A DNA stretch of 64,000 nucleotides from Alphaproteobacteria bacterium (GCA_022599575.1 JAHZMA010000086.1:756-64755); one strand, 5' to 3'; shown: positions 1-11,009, counted from the first letter of the stretch. Numbers and translations are program-made. The notes: generated from the sequence alone by a model not told the origin.

Positions 1-915
1 ATATTGCAAGGCAAGCGTGATGCTTCTATTGATATTGTTGCCGTTTGCACCATGCCACCACGCCCCGCAAAACGCGGACAAAAGCCACAAGCAACAGATG
101 TTGCCATGATTGCCGAACAATATCGCTTGCCATTATTAACGCCTGATAGGCTTGATGATGCGTTTTTAACGCGCCTGATGGCATTTAAACCCGATATGAT
201 TCTAGTAGTGGCATATGGCATGAAATTGCCCAAAAGCTATTGTGAGGCGTGTGAATGGGGCGCAGTGAATATCCATGCATCCTTATTGCCACATTTTCGG
301 GGCGCATCACCGATACAGGCGGCGATTCTGGCGGGATGCAAAGAAACTGGCGTTACCCTGATGCAGATGGATGAGGGGCTGGATAGTGGCGGCATTTTAA
401 TGCAAGAATCGGTGCCATTATCCGATAATATCACCGCACCTGAATTGCGCGATATTTTGCAACAATTAGGGCAAAAAATGATTATTGATTATATCCAAAA
501 AGGGGTAAAAATCACCGCGCGCCCGCAAGATGAAACGCAAGTAAGTTACGCACCTAAAATTACCCGCGATGATGGACGCATTGATTTTACGCGCGATGAT
601 GCCCCCACATTATGCCGTAAAATGCGTGCTTTTACGGGCTGGCCGAATTTGTGGTTTATGCATCAACGTGCAGGCAATGATGCGGTAAGGCTGATTGTGC
701 ATGAGGCTGTGGCATGTGAGGGCGATAAACATGCACCTGCTGGTACGGTTATTTCGCTAGAGACTGGTATTAAAGTGCAATGTAATGACATACAAGATAA
801 AAAAGGGCAGAGCGCTCATTCGGCATTGAATATCACTAAAATTCAGAAAATCGGTGGTAAAATCCTATCATGGCGTGATTTCTTAAATGGTTATCCGTTA
901 AATTGCCAGCTTTAA
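1..915 (+). CDS. fmt: Methionyl-tRNA formyltransferase (5' end outside window)
   Basis: Motifs P.RPAKRGQK, VVAYG, NIHASLLPHFRGASPIQ, ETGVTLMQMDEGLDSG, YAPKI; frame open to the window edge. Confidence 0.93.
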   Translation: MLQGKRDASIDIVAVCTMPPRPAKRGQKPQATDVAMIAEQYRLPLLTPDRLDDAFLTRLMAFKPDMILVVAYGMKLPKSYCEACEWGAVNIHASLLPHFRGASPIQAAILAGCKETGVTLMQMDEGLDSGGILMQESVPLSDNITAPELRDILQQLGQKMIIDYIQKGVKITARPQDETQVSYAPKITRDDGRIDFTRDDAPTLCRKMRAFTGWPNLWFMHQRAGNDAVRLIVHEAVACEGDKHAPAGTVISLETGIKVQCNDIQDKKGQSAHSALNITKIQKIGGKILSWRDFLNGYPLNCQL

Positions 916-1005
916 ATTGACAGCTTGATTTTTTGATAAATGCCTTTTATGTTAGATTTATAAATATGCGATATGCATCTATAAAAAATAAAGAAAGCAG
1001 AAGTA

Positions 1006-2220
1006 ATGGCTAAAATTAAAGTTAAGAACCCGATTGTTGATATCGATGGCGATGAGATGACGCGCATCATTTGGCAGCGTATCAAAGATGAGTTGATTAA
1101 TCCGTTTCTGGATATTGACCTAAAATATTTCGACCTCAGCGTTACCAATCGTGACCAGACTGGCGATAAGGTAACATTGGCGGCCGCACAGGCAGTTAAG
1201 CAATATAGGGTAGGGGTTAAATGCGCCACCATTACTGCAGACCCAGCAAGGGTAAAAGAATTTTCGTTAGATAATATGTTTCCATCACCCAATGGTACGA
1301 TTCGAAACTATTTGAATGGCACAATTTTTCGTGCGCCTATTATTTGTAAAAATGTGCCTTTATTGGTGAATAGCTGGAAAAAGCCGATTATTGTAGCGCG
1401 TCATGCGTTTGGCGACCAATATCGTGCAACCGAGATGGTGATTGACCAGCCTGGCACCTTAAAACTTATTTTCACCCCCGATGATGCCAGCAAGATTGTA
1501 GAAGAAAAGCAGGTTTTTCGTTTTCCGCAAGCGGGTGTTGCTTTGGCAATGTATAATTTAGATGAATCTATTAAAGGCTTTGCTGATGCATGTTTGCAAT
1601 ATGGGTTAACGCAAAAAGTATCAGTTTATCTTTCCACCAAAAACACGATTTTACGCACCTATGATGGGCGGTTTAAGGATATTTTTCAACGCGTATTTGA
1701 TGAAAAATATCAATCAGCTTTTGCTGAGGCAGGCATTGAATATGAGCATCGATTGATTGATGATATGGTGGCTTATGCCTTGAAAAGTGAAGGCGGTTAC
1801 CTATGGGCATGTAAAAATTATGATGGTGATGTACAATCTGATTCGATTGCACAAGGCTTTGGCTCGCTTGGCATGATGACATCGATATTGATGAGTCCTG
1901 ATGGTAAAACCATTTGCACCGAAGCAGCACATGGCACAGTAACGCGGCATTTTCGGCAATATCAGCAGGGTAAACCAACCTCAACTAATCCGATTGCATC
2001 GCTTTTTGCATGGACGCGGGGCTTAGATGCGCGCGGGCGATTCGATGAAACAGGCGAAGTGGTGGAATTTGCCGAAAAATTAGAGCAAGCTTGCGTGGAA
2101 GCAGTGGAAACTGGCTTTATGACCAAAGATTTGGCATTGCTTATTGGTGCTAATCAAAGCTTCCTTACAACTGATGAATTTTTGTTAAAAGTGCGCGAAT
2201 TGCTAGAAAAACGCTTGTAA
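1006..2220 (+). CDS. icd: NADP-dependent isocitrate dehydrogenase
   Basis: [43 protein letters not shown] motifs. Confidence 0.97.
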   Translation: MAKIKVKNPIVDIDGDEMTRIIWQRIKDELINPFLDIDLKYFDLSVTNRDQTGDKVTLAAAQAVKQYRVGVKCATITADPARVKEFSLDNMFPSPNGTIRNYLNGTIFRAPIICKNVPLLVNSWKKPIIVARHAFGDQYRATEMVIDQPGTLKLIFTPDDASKIVEEKQVFRFPQAGVALAMYNLDESIKGFADACLQYGLTQKVSVYLSTKNTILRTYDGRFKDIFQRVFDEKYQSAFAEAGIEYEHRLIDDMVAYALKSEGGYLWACKNYDGDVQSDSIAQGFGSLGMMTSILMSPDGKTICTEAAHGTVTRHFRQYQQGKPTSTNPIASLFAWTRGLDARGRFDETGEVVEFAEKLEQACVEAVETGFMTKDLALLIGANQSFLTTDEFLLKVRELLEKRL

Positions 2221-2343
2221 TTTGGCATCATCATAATCGCTTTTATCTTTAATATGCGATGTTTTTCTATCATTTTGTTCGTTATGGCATGTTATTTGCG
2301 TTACGATTAAGTAACAATAATGTGACTATATGACGGATGGATT

Positions 2344-2889
2344 ATGATGAAAAAATTATTTGATAAAAATATCTTACAAGCAAATGTGATTATCGTTTTG
2401 CTGATGGCGATGGTGGTAAGTGGTTGTTCGTTGAACAATTCGCGGTCATCGCTTGATAAAGAACTTGAAGAATTTGAACAGCAAAAAGTATCGCTTGATT
2501 TGGTGAATGATATCCCAATTCCTGATGGTGCAAAATTGGATATTGCTGATTCGCTGATTTTAGGGCGTGGCGATAGATGGACAGGGCGTATTTCTATGAA
2601 TACTGCAATTTCACCGGTACGTGCCTTTGCCGTTTTTCAATCACAAATGCCTAGCTATGGCTGGCAAACCGTGCTTTCGGTGCAAGATAGAACCAGTAGC
2701 ATTGTGTTTATACGTGGCGATAGAATTGCAACATTAAGCATTCAGCCATTAGGGTTGCGTGGCTCACGTATTATCATGGTGGCATCATTACGCCCTGCTG
2801 ATGTGCCAGTGGGTGCAAGTTTTAACGGCGCGCCTAGTGCGGCAAGCACAAATGGGTCAGGTTTTAACAATCCAGTGCCATTACAGTAA
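2344..2889 (+). CDS. Hypothetical lipoprotein
   Basis: Signal peptide with lipobox VSGC; 181 aa; followed by a terminator hairpin. Confidence 0.7.
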   Translation: MMKKLFDKNILQANVIIVLLMAMVVSGCSLNNSRSSLDKELEEFEQQKVSLDLVNDIPIPDGAKLDIADSLILGRGDRWTGRISMNTAISPVRAFAVFQSQMPSYGWQTVLSVQDRTSSIVFIRGDRIATLSIQPLGLRGSRIIMVASLRPADVPVGASFNGAPSAASTNGSGFNNPVPLQ

Positions 2890-2902
2890 AGTTTTGCGGG
2901 AT

Positions 2903-2949
2903 AACATAAAAAAAGCCGACCATTATATGATGGTCGGCTTTTTTATGTT
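2903..2949. terminator. Bidirectional intrinsic terminator
   Basis: AAAAAAAGCCGACCAT-TATATG-ATGGTCGGCTTTTTT hairpin with A/T tracts on both sides, between convergent genes. Confidence 0.85.
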
Positions 2950-2969
2950 TTTGGTTTGCTTCAATTTTA

Positions 2970-3455
2970 TTATATCGGCTTATCAAGCGGTAGTTTCTTG
3001 TTATTTCTTTCATTGCGCTCATGCGCTTCTTGCGCTTCAATAGACATGGTGGCAATAGGGCGAACTTCAAGCCGTTGAATTGAAATATTTTCGCCAGTTA
3101 CCAAACATTGCCCGTAAGTGCCATTATCCATTCTCTCTAATGCTTGGTCAATTTTGCCAATTAATTTATAGAATCTTTCTCTGGTTCGCAATTCAAATGC
3201 GCGCTGACTATCAACCGATGCTTGGTCTGCTGGGTCAGGCTCAGGGCTATTATTTTCCTGTAAATTATGAATCGTCTCGTTTAATTCTTCGACTAACTCT
3301 TTGCGCCATTTTCCTAATTTTTGTCTGAAATATTCCAACATTATCGGATTCATAAAGGCTTCATCTGATGTTGGTACATAATCAGGGGACAAGAATGGGG
3401 TGGTGCAATCGCCATTGTTAGTATTACTTTCTACGATTTTTATCATCTTCATCAT
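2970..3455 (-). CDS. dksA: RNA polymerase-binding protein DksA
   Basis: FMNP.MLEYFRQKL, coiled-coil tip DPADQA, ELRTRER, KIDQAL.R...GTYG.C, RLEVRP.AT. Confidence 0.93.
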   Translation of the reverse strand: MMKMIKIVESNTNNGDCTTPFLSPDYVPTSDEAFMNPIMLEYFRQKLGKWRKELVEELNETIHNLQENNSPEPDPADQASVDSQRAFELRTRERFYKLIGKIDQALERMDNGTYGQCLVTGENISIQRLEVRPIATMSIEAQEAHERNERNNKKLPLDKPI

Positions 3456-3897
3456 CTGTATTACCCCTTTAGAAATAAAAAATACTGAAAGTCCTTACTC
3501 TTTATTAATATAATACTTGCGATGATACAAGTAAAATTTTCAACATAAAGCAATTTATTATAACATTGTTGCTTGCAACTTACCATAGGGTTATATATAT
3601 TGCAGATAGTCAGTTATGTGATTTTAAGTGTCATTAATTGCCAAAAGTTGAGTAAATTAAAAGTAATAATAGTTTATATACTCTAAAATAGAATTGTTAC
3701 ATTTAATTTTATAAGATTTACTAACATGTTACAAGGAAGCTTGATAGAAATGCAAATGCCAAATAACGCATGTTTTTTGCTTGACCGTTCTTATTTTTTT
3801 TATTGGGTTGCGGCTTCCTTCAATCATATTCATAGAAATTTAAATTATCAACCGCGAACAGAGAAATGTTGTGCGGTGTTGCAGTGGAGTTTTTGTA

Positions 3898-5805
3898 ATG
3901 TCAAAAGAAATGTTAATCGATGCCTCTCATTCGGAGGAGACGCGAGTTGCTGTTATCGAAAATGGCGAACTTGTAGAATATCAACATGAAATCAGCAATA
4001 AATTAGCCCTTAAAGGCAATATTTATCTTGCCAAAGTAATAAGAGTAGAGCCGTCGCTACAGGCGGCTTTTGTGGATTATGGCGGTAATCGCGATGGTTT
4101 TTTAGGCTTTAGCGATATTCACCCGGATTATTATAAAATCCCAGTGAATGACCGCAAGGAATTGCTCAATAGTGTCGGCAAAAAAGACGATGAAGATTTG
4201 GACGAAATGGCTGAAAATGCTACGGGTGATTTTGACTTGGCAGCAGTGCTAGGGGCAAAACGCTTTCGGTTAAAGCATCGCTATAAAATTCAAGAAGTTA
4301 TTAAGCGCGGGCAGGTGATGCTGGTGCAGGCGGTAAAAGAAGAACGTGGCAATAAGGGCGCGGCAATGACCACCTTTATCTCGCTTGCGGGGCGCTATTG
4401 CGTTTTGATGCCCAATAGTGGCAAGGGCGGTGGTATTTCACGCAGAATTAGTGATGATGCCGATAGAGACCGTTTGAAAGATGTTGTGGAGAGCTTGGAT
4501 ATTCCTGATTCGATGGCGCTGATTTTACGCACCGCAGGTGCTGGGCGCACAAAAGCAGAAATTAAGCGCGATTATGGTTATTTAAGCACTTTATGGGATA
4601 ATATTCGGCAAAAAACAATCGATTCGCAAGCACCAGCTTTGGTGAATGAGGATGCAACATTGCTGTGGCATAGTATCCGCGATATTTACGATAAAGACAC
4701 GGATAAAATCATTATTTCTGGTGATGAAGCATTACAAAAAGCGCGCGACTATATGAAACATTTGGTGCCTACCCATGTCAAGCGCATTACATCTTATGGC
4801 GATAAAGAAGCCATGCCGCTTTTTCAAAAAAAAGATGTAGAAGCACTGATTGCCAGTATTTACTCGCCTAATGTGAATTTGCCTTCGGGCGGTTATATCG
4901 TGATTGAGCCCACCGAAGCGATGGTATCGATTGATGTCAATTCAGGGCGGGCAACGCAAGAAAGAAACATTGAAGACACTGCTTTTAGCACCAATATGGA
5001 AGCGGCAGTTGAGGTTGCGCGGCAATTAAGGTTGCGTGATTTATCAGGCCTGATTGTGATTGATTTCATTGATATGGAAGATAGGCGCAATAATCACGCG
5101 CTAGAGCGGCATTTTAAGGAAGCATTGCGAAAAGATAGGGCGCGTATGCATATCAACCGTATCAGCTCGCTAGGGCTTCTGGAAATGACGCGACAAAGGT
5201 TAAATCCTTCTATTACAGAGGTTACAAGCAAACCATGCGCCCATTGCTATGGCACTGGTAAAGTGCTAGGCATTGATGCCACTGCTTTAATGGTGATGCG
5301 AAATATTGAAGAAGAAGCCATTAAAGGCAAGGGCAAAGTAGCAGTGATGAGTGCTTTGGTATCATTGGAAGTGGCGGTTTATATTTTCAATATCAAACGG
5401 CAAAAATTGCAGGAAATCGAAACATCGAATCAGTTGAGTATCACGATTGATCCAGACCAATCCTTACCGATTGCAGGATTAAAATTATATACGACAGCGA
5501 TTATCGAAGATGGTGAGATTGTAGAATTATCAGTTGATAATTATGAAGAATTATTCAATAATTATGATGGGGCGAAGCCAAAAATTTCAAGAAGGTCGCG
5601 TGGTGGTAATCGTGGTAGCAGGAATCAAAGAGATAAAGATTATTCAGATGATGATGATGCGCGTGATACGGCCAATGACAATCAAGGACGGCAAAGGGGC
5701 GCAAGTTCAGGGCGTCAGCCAAGCAGAAACCCTCGTGGTTCTAATAAGGCGGTGGTAAGTGAGGCGCAGAAGAAAAAAGGTCTGTTATGGCGGATATTGG
5801 GTTAA
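3898..5805 (+). CDS. rne: Ribonuclease E/G family endoribonuclease
   Basis: MLIDASHSEETRVA, GNIYLAKV.RVEPSLQAAFVDYG, SIDVNSGR, RQLRLRDL.GLIVIDFIDM, Zn-link CAHCYGTG; ATG at 3898 preferred. Confidence 0.95.
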   Translation: MSKEMLIDASHSEETRVAVIENGELVEYQHEISNKLALKGNIYLAKVIRVEPSLQAAFVDYGGNRDGFLGFSDIHPDYYKIPVNDRKELLNSVGKKDDEDLDEMAENATGDFDLAAVLGAKRFRLKHRYKIQEVIKRGQVMLVQAVKEERGNKGAAMTTFISLAGRYCVLMPNSGKGGGISRRISDDADRDRLKDVVESLDIPDSMALILRTAGAGRTKAEIKRDYGYLSTLWDNIRQKTIDSQAPALVNEDATLLWHSIRDIYDKDTDKIIISGDEALQKARDYMKHLVPTHVKRITSYGDKEAMPLFQKKDVEALIASIYSPNVNLPSGGYIVIEPTEAMVSIDVNSGRATQERNIEDTAFSTNMEAAVEVARQLRLRDLSGLIVIDFIDMEDRRNNHALERHFKEALRKDRARMHINRISSLGLLEMTRQRLNPSITEVTSKPCAHCYGTGKVLGIDATALMVMRNIEEEAIKGKGKVAVMSALVSLEVAVYIFNIKRQKLQEIETSNQLSITIDPDQSLPIAGLKLYTTAIIEDGEIVELSVDNYEELFNNYDGAKPKISRRSRGGNRGSRNQRDKDYSDDDDARDTANDNQGRQRGASSGRQPSRNPRGSNKAVVSEAQKKKGLLWRILG

Positions 5806-5817
5806 TTAATATAGCGA

Positions 5818-6126
5818 TTAACTTTGCGCGCTAAACCCCTGTTTGATACGAATCTGGGTGATGTAATCTTCACCCAAAAATGCGTTGATACGTGCCATAA
5901 TATCATCTCGATGATATTCTAATTCGGTGGCACAGCTTCTATCAGCCGATATGGTAAGGCAACGTTGATTTTGCTTTTTGAAAAAAGTAATTTTATCCAG
6001 CCTGCAAGATGCGCTGTAATCGTCGCCAACAAAATCTTGCCAATGGGTTATCAACAGGCGGTGCTTTTTATCACCGCCTAATTTTTTAATTTTTGGCGTA
6101 ATGCTATAAGAGATATGTTTCAGCAT
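5818..6126 (-). CDS. DUF721/DciA family protein
   Basis: W.DFVG, EL.Y....I.ARIN.FLG..I..IRIKQ pattern; divergent from mutY as usual in Alphaproteobacteria. Confidence 0.7.
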   Translation of the reverse strand: MLKHISYSITPKIKKLGGDKKHRLLITHWQDFVGDDYSASCRLDKITFFKKQNQRCLTISADRSCATELEYHRDDIMARINAFLGEDYITQIRIKQGFSAQS

Positions 6127-6153
6127 AAGACATTATAGGCATAAAAAATAAAA

Positions 6154-7260
6154 ATGCAAAAATTTGCGTCTCATTTACTCACATGGTTTTACGCACATCG
6201 TCGCGATTTAGAATGGCGTGGTGTTTTAGGTAAGCCCGCTAACCCCTATCATGTGTTTTTATCAGAAATTATGCTACAGCAAACCACAAGTGCCACTGTG
6301 CATGATTATTTTATCCGTTTCATAGAAAAATGGTGCGATTTGCCTTCATTGGCACAGGCGGATTTAGAAGAAATCCTATATCAATGGCGGGGTTTGGGTT
6401 ATTATGCACGGGCGCGCAATTTACATGCGTCGGCACGAGAAATTATAGCGCATTACGGTGGAAGAATTCCACAAACAGAATCGGAATTAAAGAAATTACG
6501 TGGCATTGGCGACTATACTGCCGCCGCCATTGCCTCAATCGCGTTTAATAAGCCAGCGGTTGCGGTTGATGGCAATATTAGGCGCGTATGTGCCCGTCTG
6601 TTTCGGGTGCAACAGATACAGCCCGATAAGGATTATGCCGCGCTACTTGCGCCTTTTATGCCCGATGATGCTGATGCAAATAATAGCCCATATCCTGCCA
6701 CTATCAATGGCGATATGGTGCAGGCAATGATGGAGTTAGGCTCGCTGATTTGCACACCAAAAAAGCCGAAATGCAAGCAATGTCCGCTCAATTTCACCTG
6801 TAAAGGGCAGGATATTGCTGAAACATTGCCGATGATGAAGCCAAAAATTATTCCTAAAAAGCAATATTGTGTCGGTTTTTGGGTGCAGAATCGGCACGGA
6901 CACATATTGCTACATAAGCGCGCCAGTAAAGGTTTGCTAGGTGGCATGACTGGCTTTCCGCTCAGCGCATTTCACGATATCAGTGATGGTGATATTAATG
7001 TTGATGCGATAAAACTGGCATGTGATGCAATGCAAACATTACCAATTACTATCAGCAACCAGCAAATGATGCCGATAAAGCCGATTAGCCATATTTTCAC
7101 CCATATTAAACTGACCGCCTTTGTTAGTGCTGGTTATTGTGATACCGCCAATGCCAATTTGCCACCCGATTATTATTGGCAGCCCTACGATAAAATCACT
7201 GATATGCCCTTGCCAAAATTGATGTTAAAAATCTATAAGGCAGTCATAGAGACCAAATAA
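6154..7260 (+). CDS. mutY: A/G-specific adenine glycosylase
   Basis: SEIMLQQT, WRGLGYYARARNLH, HhH L.GIG.YTA.AI, VDGN, Fe-S motif C-x6-C-x2-C-x5-C. Confidence 0.95.
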   Translation: MQKFASHLLTWFYAHRRDLEWRGVLGKPANPYHVFLSEIMLQQTTSATVHDYFIRFIEKWCDLPSLAQADLEEILYQWRGLGYYARARNLHASAREIIAHYGGRIPQTESELKKLRGIGDYTAAAIASIAFNKPAVAVDGNIRRVCARLFRVQQIQPDKDYAALLAPFMPDDADANNSPYPATINGDMVQAMMELGSLICTPKKPKCKQCPLNFTCKGQDIAETLPMMKPKIIPKKQYCVGFWVQNRHGHILLHKRASKGLLGGMTGFPLSAFHDISDGDINVDAIKLACDAMQTLPITISNQQMMPIKPISHIFTHIKLTAFVSAGYCDTANANLPPDYYWQPYDKITDMPLPKLMLKIYKAVIETK

Positions 7261-7964
7261 AACTCGCCTGTTTCCTTGCGGCTGGCTTTGGGTTTAATAT
7301 GGCGCGCTTGGGCAAAATGCGCTTTAATTTCTTTTAACAAATCGGTTTCCATACCGCTGGCGCGGGTTTTGCAGATAAAATGCCCGCCTTTGGCAAGATG
7401 GGTTTTGCTAAATTGCCATGTATGTTCCAGCAACAACGCAATTTTAGTAAAATCAGTGTTTTTATGCCCTGTTAAATTAGGCGACATATCGCTTAAAATT
7501 AAATCGGGTTTTTGTCCGTTACTATGGGAAAGAATCTGTGTTTGAATCTTGGCATCAGTAAAATCGCCTTCGATAAATATCACATCGGGCATGGGGTCAA
7601 TGGGCAGTAAGTCACAGCCGATAAGCAGGCAATGTGGATTGATTGCACGGATAATTTGTAACCAGCCACCGGGTGCGGAGCCTAAATCTATGATAAATTT
7701 TGCCTGCGCGATAAGATTGATTCGCTCCTCTAATTCTAGCAATTTGAAAGCGGCACGCGAACGATAGCCTAATTTTTGTGCTTCTTGCACATAGGGGTCG
7801 TTAAAATGGCGCGTTAGCCAACGGGTAGAGGCGATTTTACGCCCTGCGGCAGTTTTAATTCTCACTGCTTCAGTGCGATGATTGGCACTCACAAGCGATT
7901 GTGGCTTATCAGATTTTTTGTTCTTGCCTTTTTTACTACCAAGCCCTGCAACTAATTTTGCCAT
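7233..7964 (-). CDS. rlmE: 23S rRNA (U2552) 2'-O-methyltransferase RlmE/FtsJ
   Basis: STRWL.RH.NDPYV, GYRSRAAFKL, DLGSAPGGW, SDMSPN.TG, KP.ASRKE. Confidence 0.95.
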   Translation of the reverse strand: MAKLVAGLGSKKGKNKKSDKPQSLVSANHRTEAVRIKTAAGRKIASTRWLTRHFNDPYVQEAQKLGYRSRAAFKLLELEERINLIAQAKFIIDLGSAPGGWLQIIRAINPHCLLIGCDLLPIDPMPDVIFIEGDFTDAKIQTQILSHSNGQKPDLILSDMSPNLTGHKNTDFTKIALLLEHTWQFSKTHLAKGGHFICKTRASGMETDLLKEIKAHFAQARHIKPKASRKETGEFYLVSMTAL

Positions 7965-7966
7965 TA

Positions 7967-8971
7967 TTATCGGCCCTCACTTACATTTTCCAGCATATCA
8001 CGTAAAATACCCTCGCGCTGACCACGATCGGCAATATAAATATGTGGAATTTGCCATTGCCGTAAAATAATCTCACTTAAAGCGGCGCCCATACCCGCCA
8101 AACGCATCCGTTCTGCGCCAATCACGCTATATTTGCTTCTTTGTTCCATTGTTTGCATACGCAACATTTGTGCGATATTCAGAATATCGGCAGTTAAAAA
8201 CTGTTTGCCGTCAATTTTATAGCGAATATAGCGATTCATACGTAATAACAAGCAAGCAAGTGTTACTGGCGTACCAGATGCTGAAATCAATTGTACATTA
8301 CTTTGCTTAATGTGGCTATCAATATCATGTAAGGCGTTAAATTCATGCAGATAGGGGTGGCAAATGGCGGCAAGTTGCTGATAAAGTGCCTCATCTATTG
8401 CTTCAGGCCCAAAGCGTGACGTGGCAAGCAAAATACCGATAGGCAACGAGATATGCCCCAATAGTTGATAATTACCATTTTTGGTATCAACCCAACTTAA
8501 TTGAATCGATCCACCGCCAATTTCAAAAATCACGCAATAATCACTTTTGGGGTGTACCAATGGTTTACAGCTGATACAGGCAAGGCGCGATTCTTCTGCT
8601 TGCGAAATAATATCAATATTTAAGCCCGTCTGCTGATTAGCCTGTTCAATAAAATCATTACCATTGCCAGCAGTGCGACAGGTGGCGGTGGCAACAGCAC
8701 GGGTTTTGATAGTGGGATATTCGTCAATTTTATTGGCACAGATTTTCAGCACATCAATACAACGTTGCATTGCTGCTTTGCTTATCATGCCAGTATCATA
8801 CAGCGCATCGCCTAATAACACGGCATCGGCATAGGAATCTAAAATGGTAAAATTATTATGGTCACCTGCCCCATTATTTGCCCTATCATTTTTTTGGGCA
8901 ATCAATAGACGGCAATTATTCGTGCCAATATCTAATGCTGCATAATATCCCATATCATGATAATCTTTCAA
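7967..8971 (-). CDS. Ppx/GppA phosphatase family protein
   Basis: ALDIGTNNCRLL, VATATCR.A.NG, IGGGS, SGT, ADRG.REG motifs; adjacent to rlmE. Confidence 0.88.
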   Translation of the reverse strand: MKDYHDMGYYAALDIGTNNCRLLIAQKNDRANNGAGDHNNFTILDSYADAVLLGDALYDTGMISKAAMQRCIDVLKICANKIDEYPTIKTRAVATATCRTAGNGNDFIEQANQQTGLNIDIISQAEESRLACISCKPLVHPKSDYCVIFEIGGGSIQLSWVDTKNGNYQLLGHISLPIGILLATSRFGPEAIDEALYQQLAAICHPYLHEFNALHDIDSHIKQSNVQLISASGTPVTLACLLLRMNRYIRYKIDGKQFLTADILNIAQMLRMQTMEQRSKYSVIGAERMRLAGMGAALSEIILRQWQIPHIYIADRGQREGILRDMLENVSEGR

Positions 8972-9734
8972 TCATTTGCGTTAATAAGTTTAAATCTTCG
9001 GGGCGGTTTAAACTATGGTCGCCGCCTTTAATCAGATGGAAATCGCCACTATTATCGGTAAAATTATCAAATGCCAGCCTGCCATGATCGGGCGGTACGA
9101 TAGTATCAGCATCACCTTGTAACACGTGAATCGGGCAGGGTGCTTTGATTTTTTCGTGTAACACCGCAAGATTGGGCGCATCATCTAACATCAATTCGGT
9201 GAAAACATAATTGGGGTCAAATTCTTCTTTTTGCCATTCGCCTTCGTAAGGGTTTATTTTTTTTTCTGTTCTGATACGCGCCCGCATCTCATCATCAAGC
9301 AATTCAGTCATAAAATCGGGTGCAGGTGCCAGCAAAATTGAAGCTTGAAAGCGCGATTGCCATTTTGCTTGCTTTAATAAATTCATCGCCATCCAACCGC
9401 CCATTGAAGAGCCGATAATAATTTGATTGTTTTTAGTGAATGTTTCAAAAATTTGTAACGCATCATTAAACCATTGGGTGAAATAGCTTTTGGTGAAATC
9501 CCCATCCGATTCACCATGCCCGCGATAATCAAAACAGGTTAAAGCGCGGTTTTGCTGATGCGCCCACTCAATCAGATGCTGAATTTTTCCGCCTTGAATG
9601 TTTGAGTAAAACCCACATAGATAAAAAATTTCAGGGATATGGTCTGCTGAATCGCCCTCAAGGCGCAAATAATTTATCATTTCGCCTTTTCGCGTAGCAG
9701 ATTCAATTTTACGCGTCTTAGATTCAATAGGCAT
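8955..9734 (-). CDS. Alpha/beta hydrolase
   Basis: FDYRGHGES, nucleophile GSSMGG, LLAPAPDF, QGDAD..VP, GGDH.L. Confidence 0.88.
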   Translation of the reverse strand: MPIESKTRKIESATRKGEMINYLRLEGDSADHIPEIFYLCGFYSNIQGGKIQHLIEWAHQQNRALTCFDYRGHGESDGDFTKSYFTQWFNDALQIFETFTKNNQIIIGSSMGGWMAMNLLKQAKWQSRFQASILLAPAPDFMTELLDDEMRARIRTEKKINPYEGEWQKEEFDPNYVFTELMLDDAPNLAVLHEKIKAPCPIHVLQGDADTIVPPDHGRLAFDNFTDNSGDFHLIKGGDHSLNRPEDLNLLTQMIERLS

Positions 9735-9815
9735 CGTGGTTATCTTTCATAATCGCTTTACTTAATCCATATGATTGTTTATAAAAAACACTGATTTTAA
9801 TTTGGATTCTTATAT

Positions 9816-10994
9816 ATGACTATAGCAAACAGTAAGGGCATAATGCAAATATTACCCGCACTAGAAACTGGTGGCACTGAACGTGTGGCAATATCGGTTG
9901 CGATTAAGGCAAAGCAGGCGGGTTATCGCTCCTTTGTTTTATCCAATGGTGGTGCGATGGTGCGCGAATTAACACGCGCTGGGGTTGAGCATATTACCAT
10001 GCCTGTGCATAAAAAAAATATTTTTACCGTTAATGCGCGCGCTAAAAAATTGAAGCAATTGCTAGCACAACATGATATATCGCTGATTCACGCCCATTCG
10101 CGCCTGCCTGCGTGGCTTGCCTATAAGGCAACAAAAAATACTGATATTGCCTTTATCAATACATGTCATGGCTATTTTAACCTTAAAAATTCGTTTAAAA
10201 TAAAATATTCTCGCATTGTTGGCATGGGTGCGAGAGTGATTGCGGTCAGTAAATTTATCAATCAGCATTTGCGAGAATTGGGCGCCGACCCCGCCAATAT
10301 TCGTAATATTCCGCTTGGCGTACAGATAGAAAATTACAATGCTGAAAATGTATCGCAATATAGAATGGTCAAGCTATTAGAAGAGTGGGATATTCCAGAA
10401 GAGACCCCTATCGTCATGTTACCAGGGCGTATCAGCCGCACCAAAGGGCATGATGTGTTGATTAAAGCGATTAAGCTAGGGCGCAAAGATATCCGCTATT
10501 TAATTGTTGGCAATTATCAGAATCGTCCGCGTGTGAAAAAAATGCTAGATGAGCTGATACAAAAATATGACGTTGGTGGGCAGGTGCAATTTACTGGATT
10601 ATGCCGTGATATGCCTGCCGCATATCGAATCTGTGATTTGGTGGTGGTGCCTTCCACTTGGCCAGAGCCCGGTGGCACGGTTGCGATTGAAGCGCAGGCA
10701 ATCGGCAAGCCAGTGATAGTATCGGATGCGGGCGGTATGGCAGAATCGGTGCTTGATGGTAAGACTGGCTTTATTGTTGAGGCAGGCAATCATGAACAAT
10801 TAGCAGAAACCATTGATAAGGTGATGAATCTTTCTAGCACTGAGCGCGAGGCGATGAGCGCAACCGCCATGAAGCATACGCGTACAGAATTTACCAATGA
10901 TTTAATGTGTTCACGCTATATGGATGTGTATCGTGAATTGTTGGAAGGGGCTTCACCAAACCCTGATATTATTGGTTTTCCGCATCTTGCATGA
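9816..10994 (+). CDS. Glycosyltransferase family 4
   Basis: GGTER, HAHSR.PAW, PGRISR.KG, EP.G...IEAQA.GKP motifs. Confidence 0.9.
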   Translation: MTIANSKGIMQILPALETGGTERVAISVAIKAKQAGYRSFVLSNGGAMVRELTRAGVEHITMPVHKKNIFTVNARAKKLKQLLAQHDISLIHAHSRLPAWLAYKATKNTDIAFINTCHGYFNLKNSFKIKYSRIVGMGARVIAVSKFINQHLRELGADPANIRNIPLGVQIENYNAENVSQYRMVKLLEEWDIPEETPIVMLPGRISRTKGHDVLIKAIKLGRKDIRYLIVGNYQNRPRVKKMLDELIQKYDVGGQVQFTGLCRDMPAAYRICDLVVVPSTWPEPGGTVAIEAQAIGKPVIVSDAGGMAESVLDGKTGFIVEAGNHEQLAETIDKVMNLSSTEREAMSATAMKHTRTEFTNDLMCSRYMDVYRELLEGASPNPDIIGFPHLA

Positions 10995-11009
10995 TCCTAT
11001 TGCCATAAA

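Noticed and set aside
3726-3989. 87-aa ORF overlapping the rne start
   Set aside because: No recognisable motif or RBS and out of frame with rne; more likely UTR sequence
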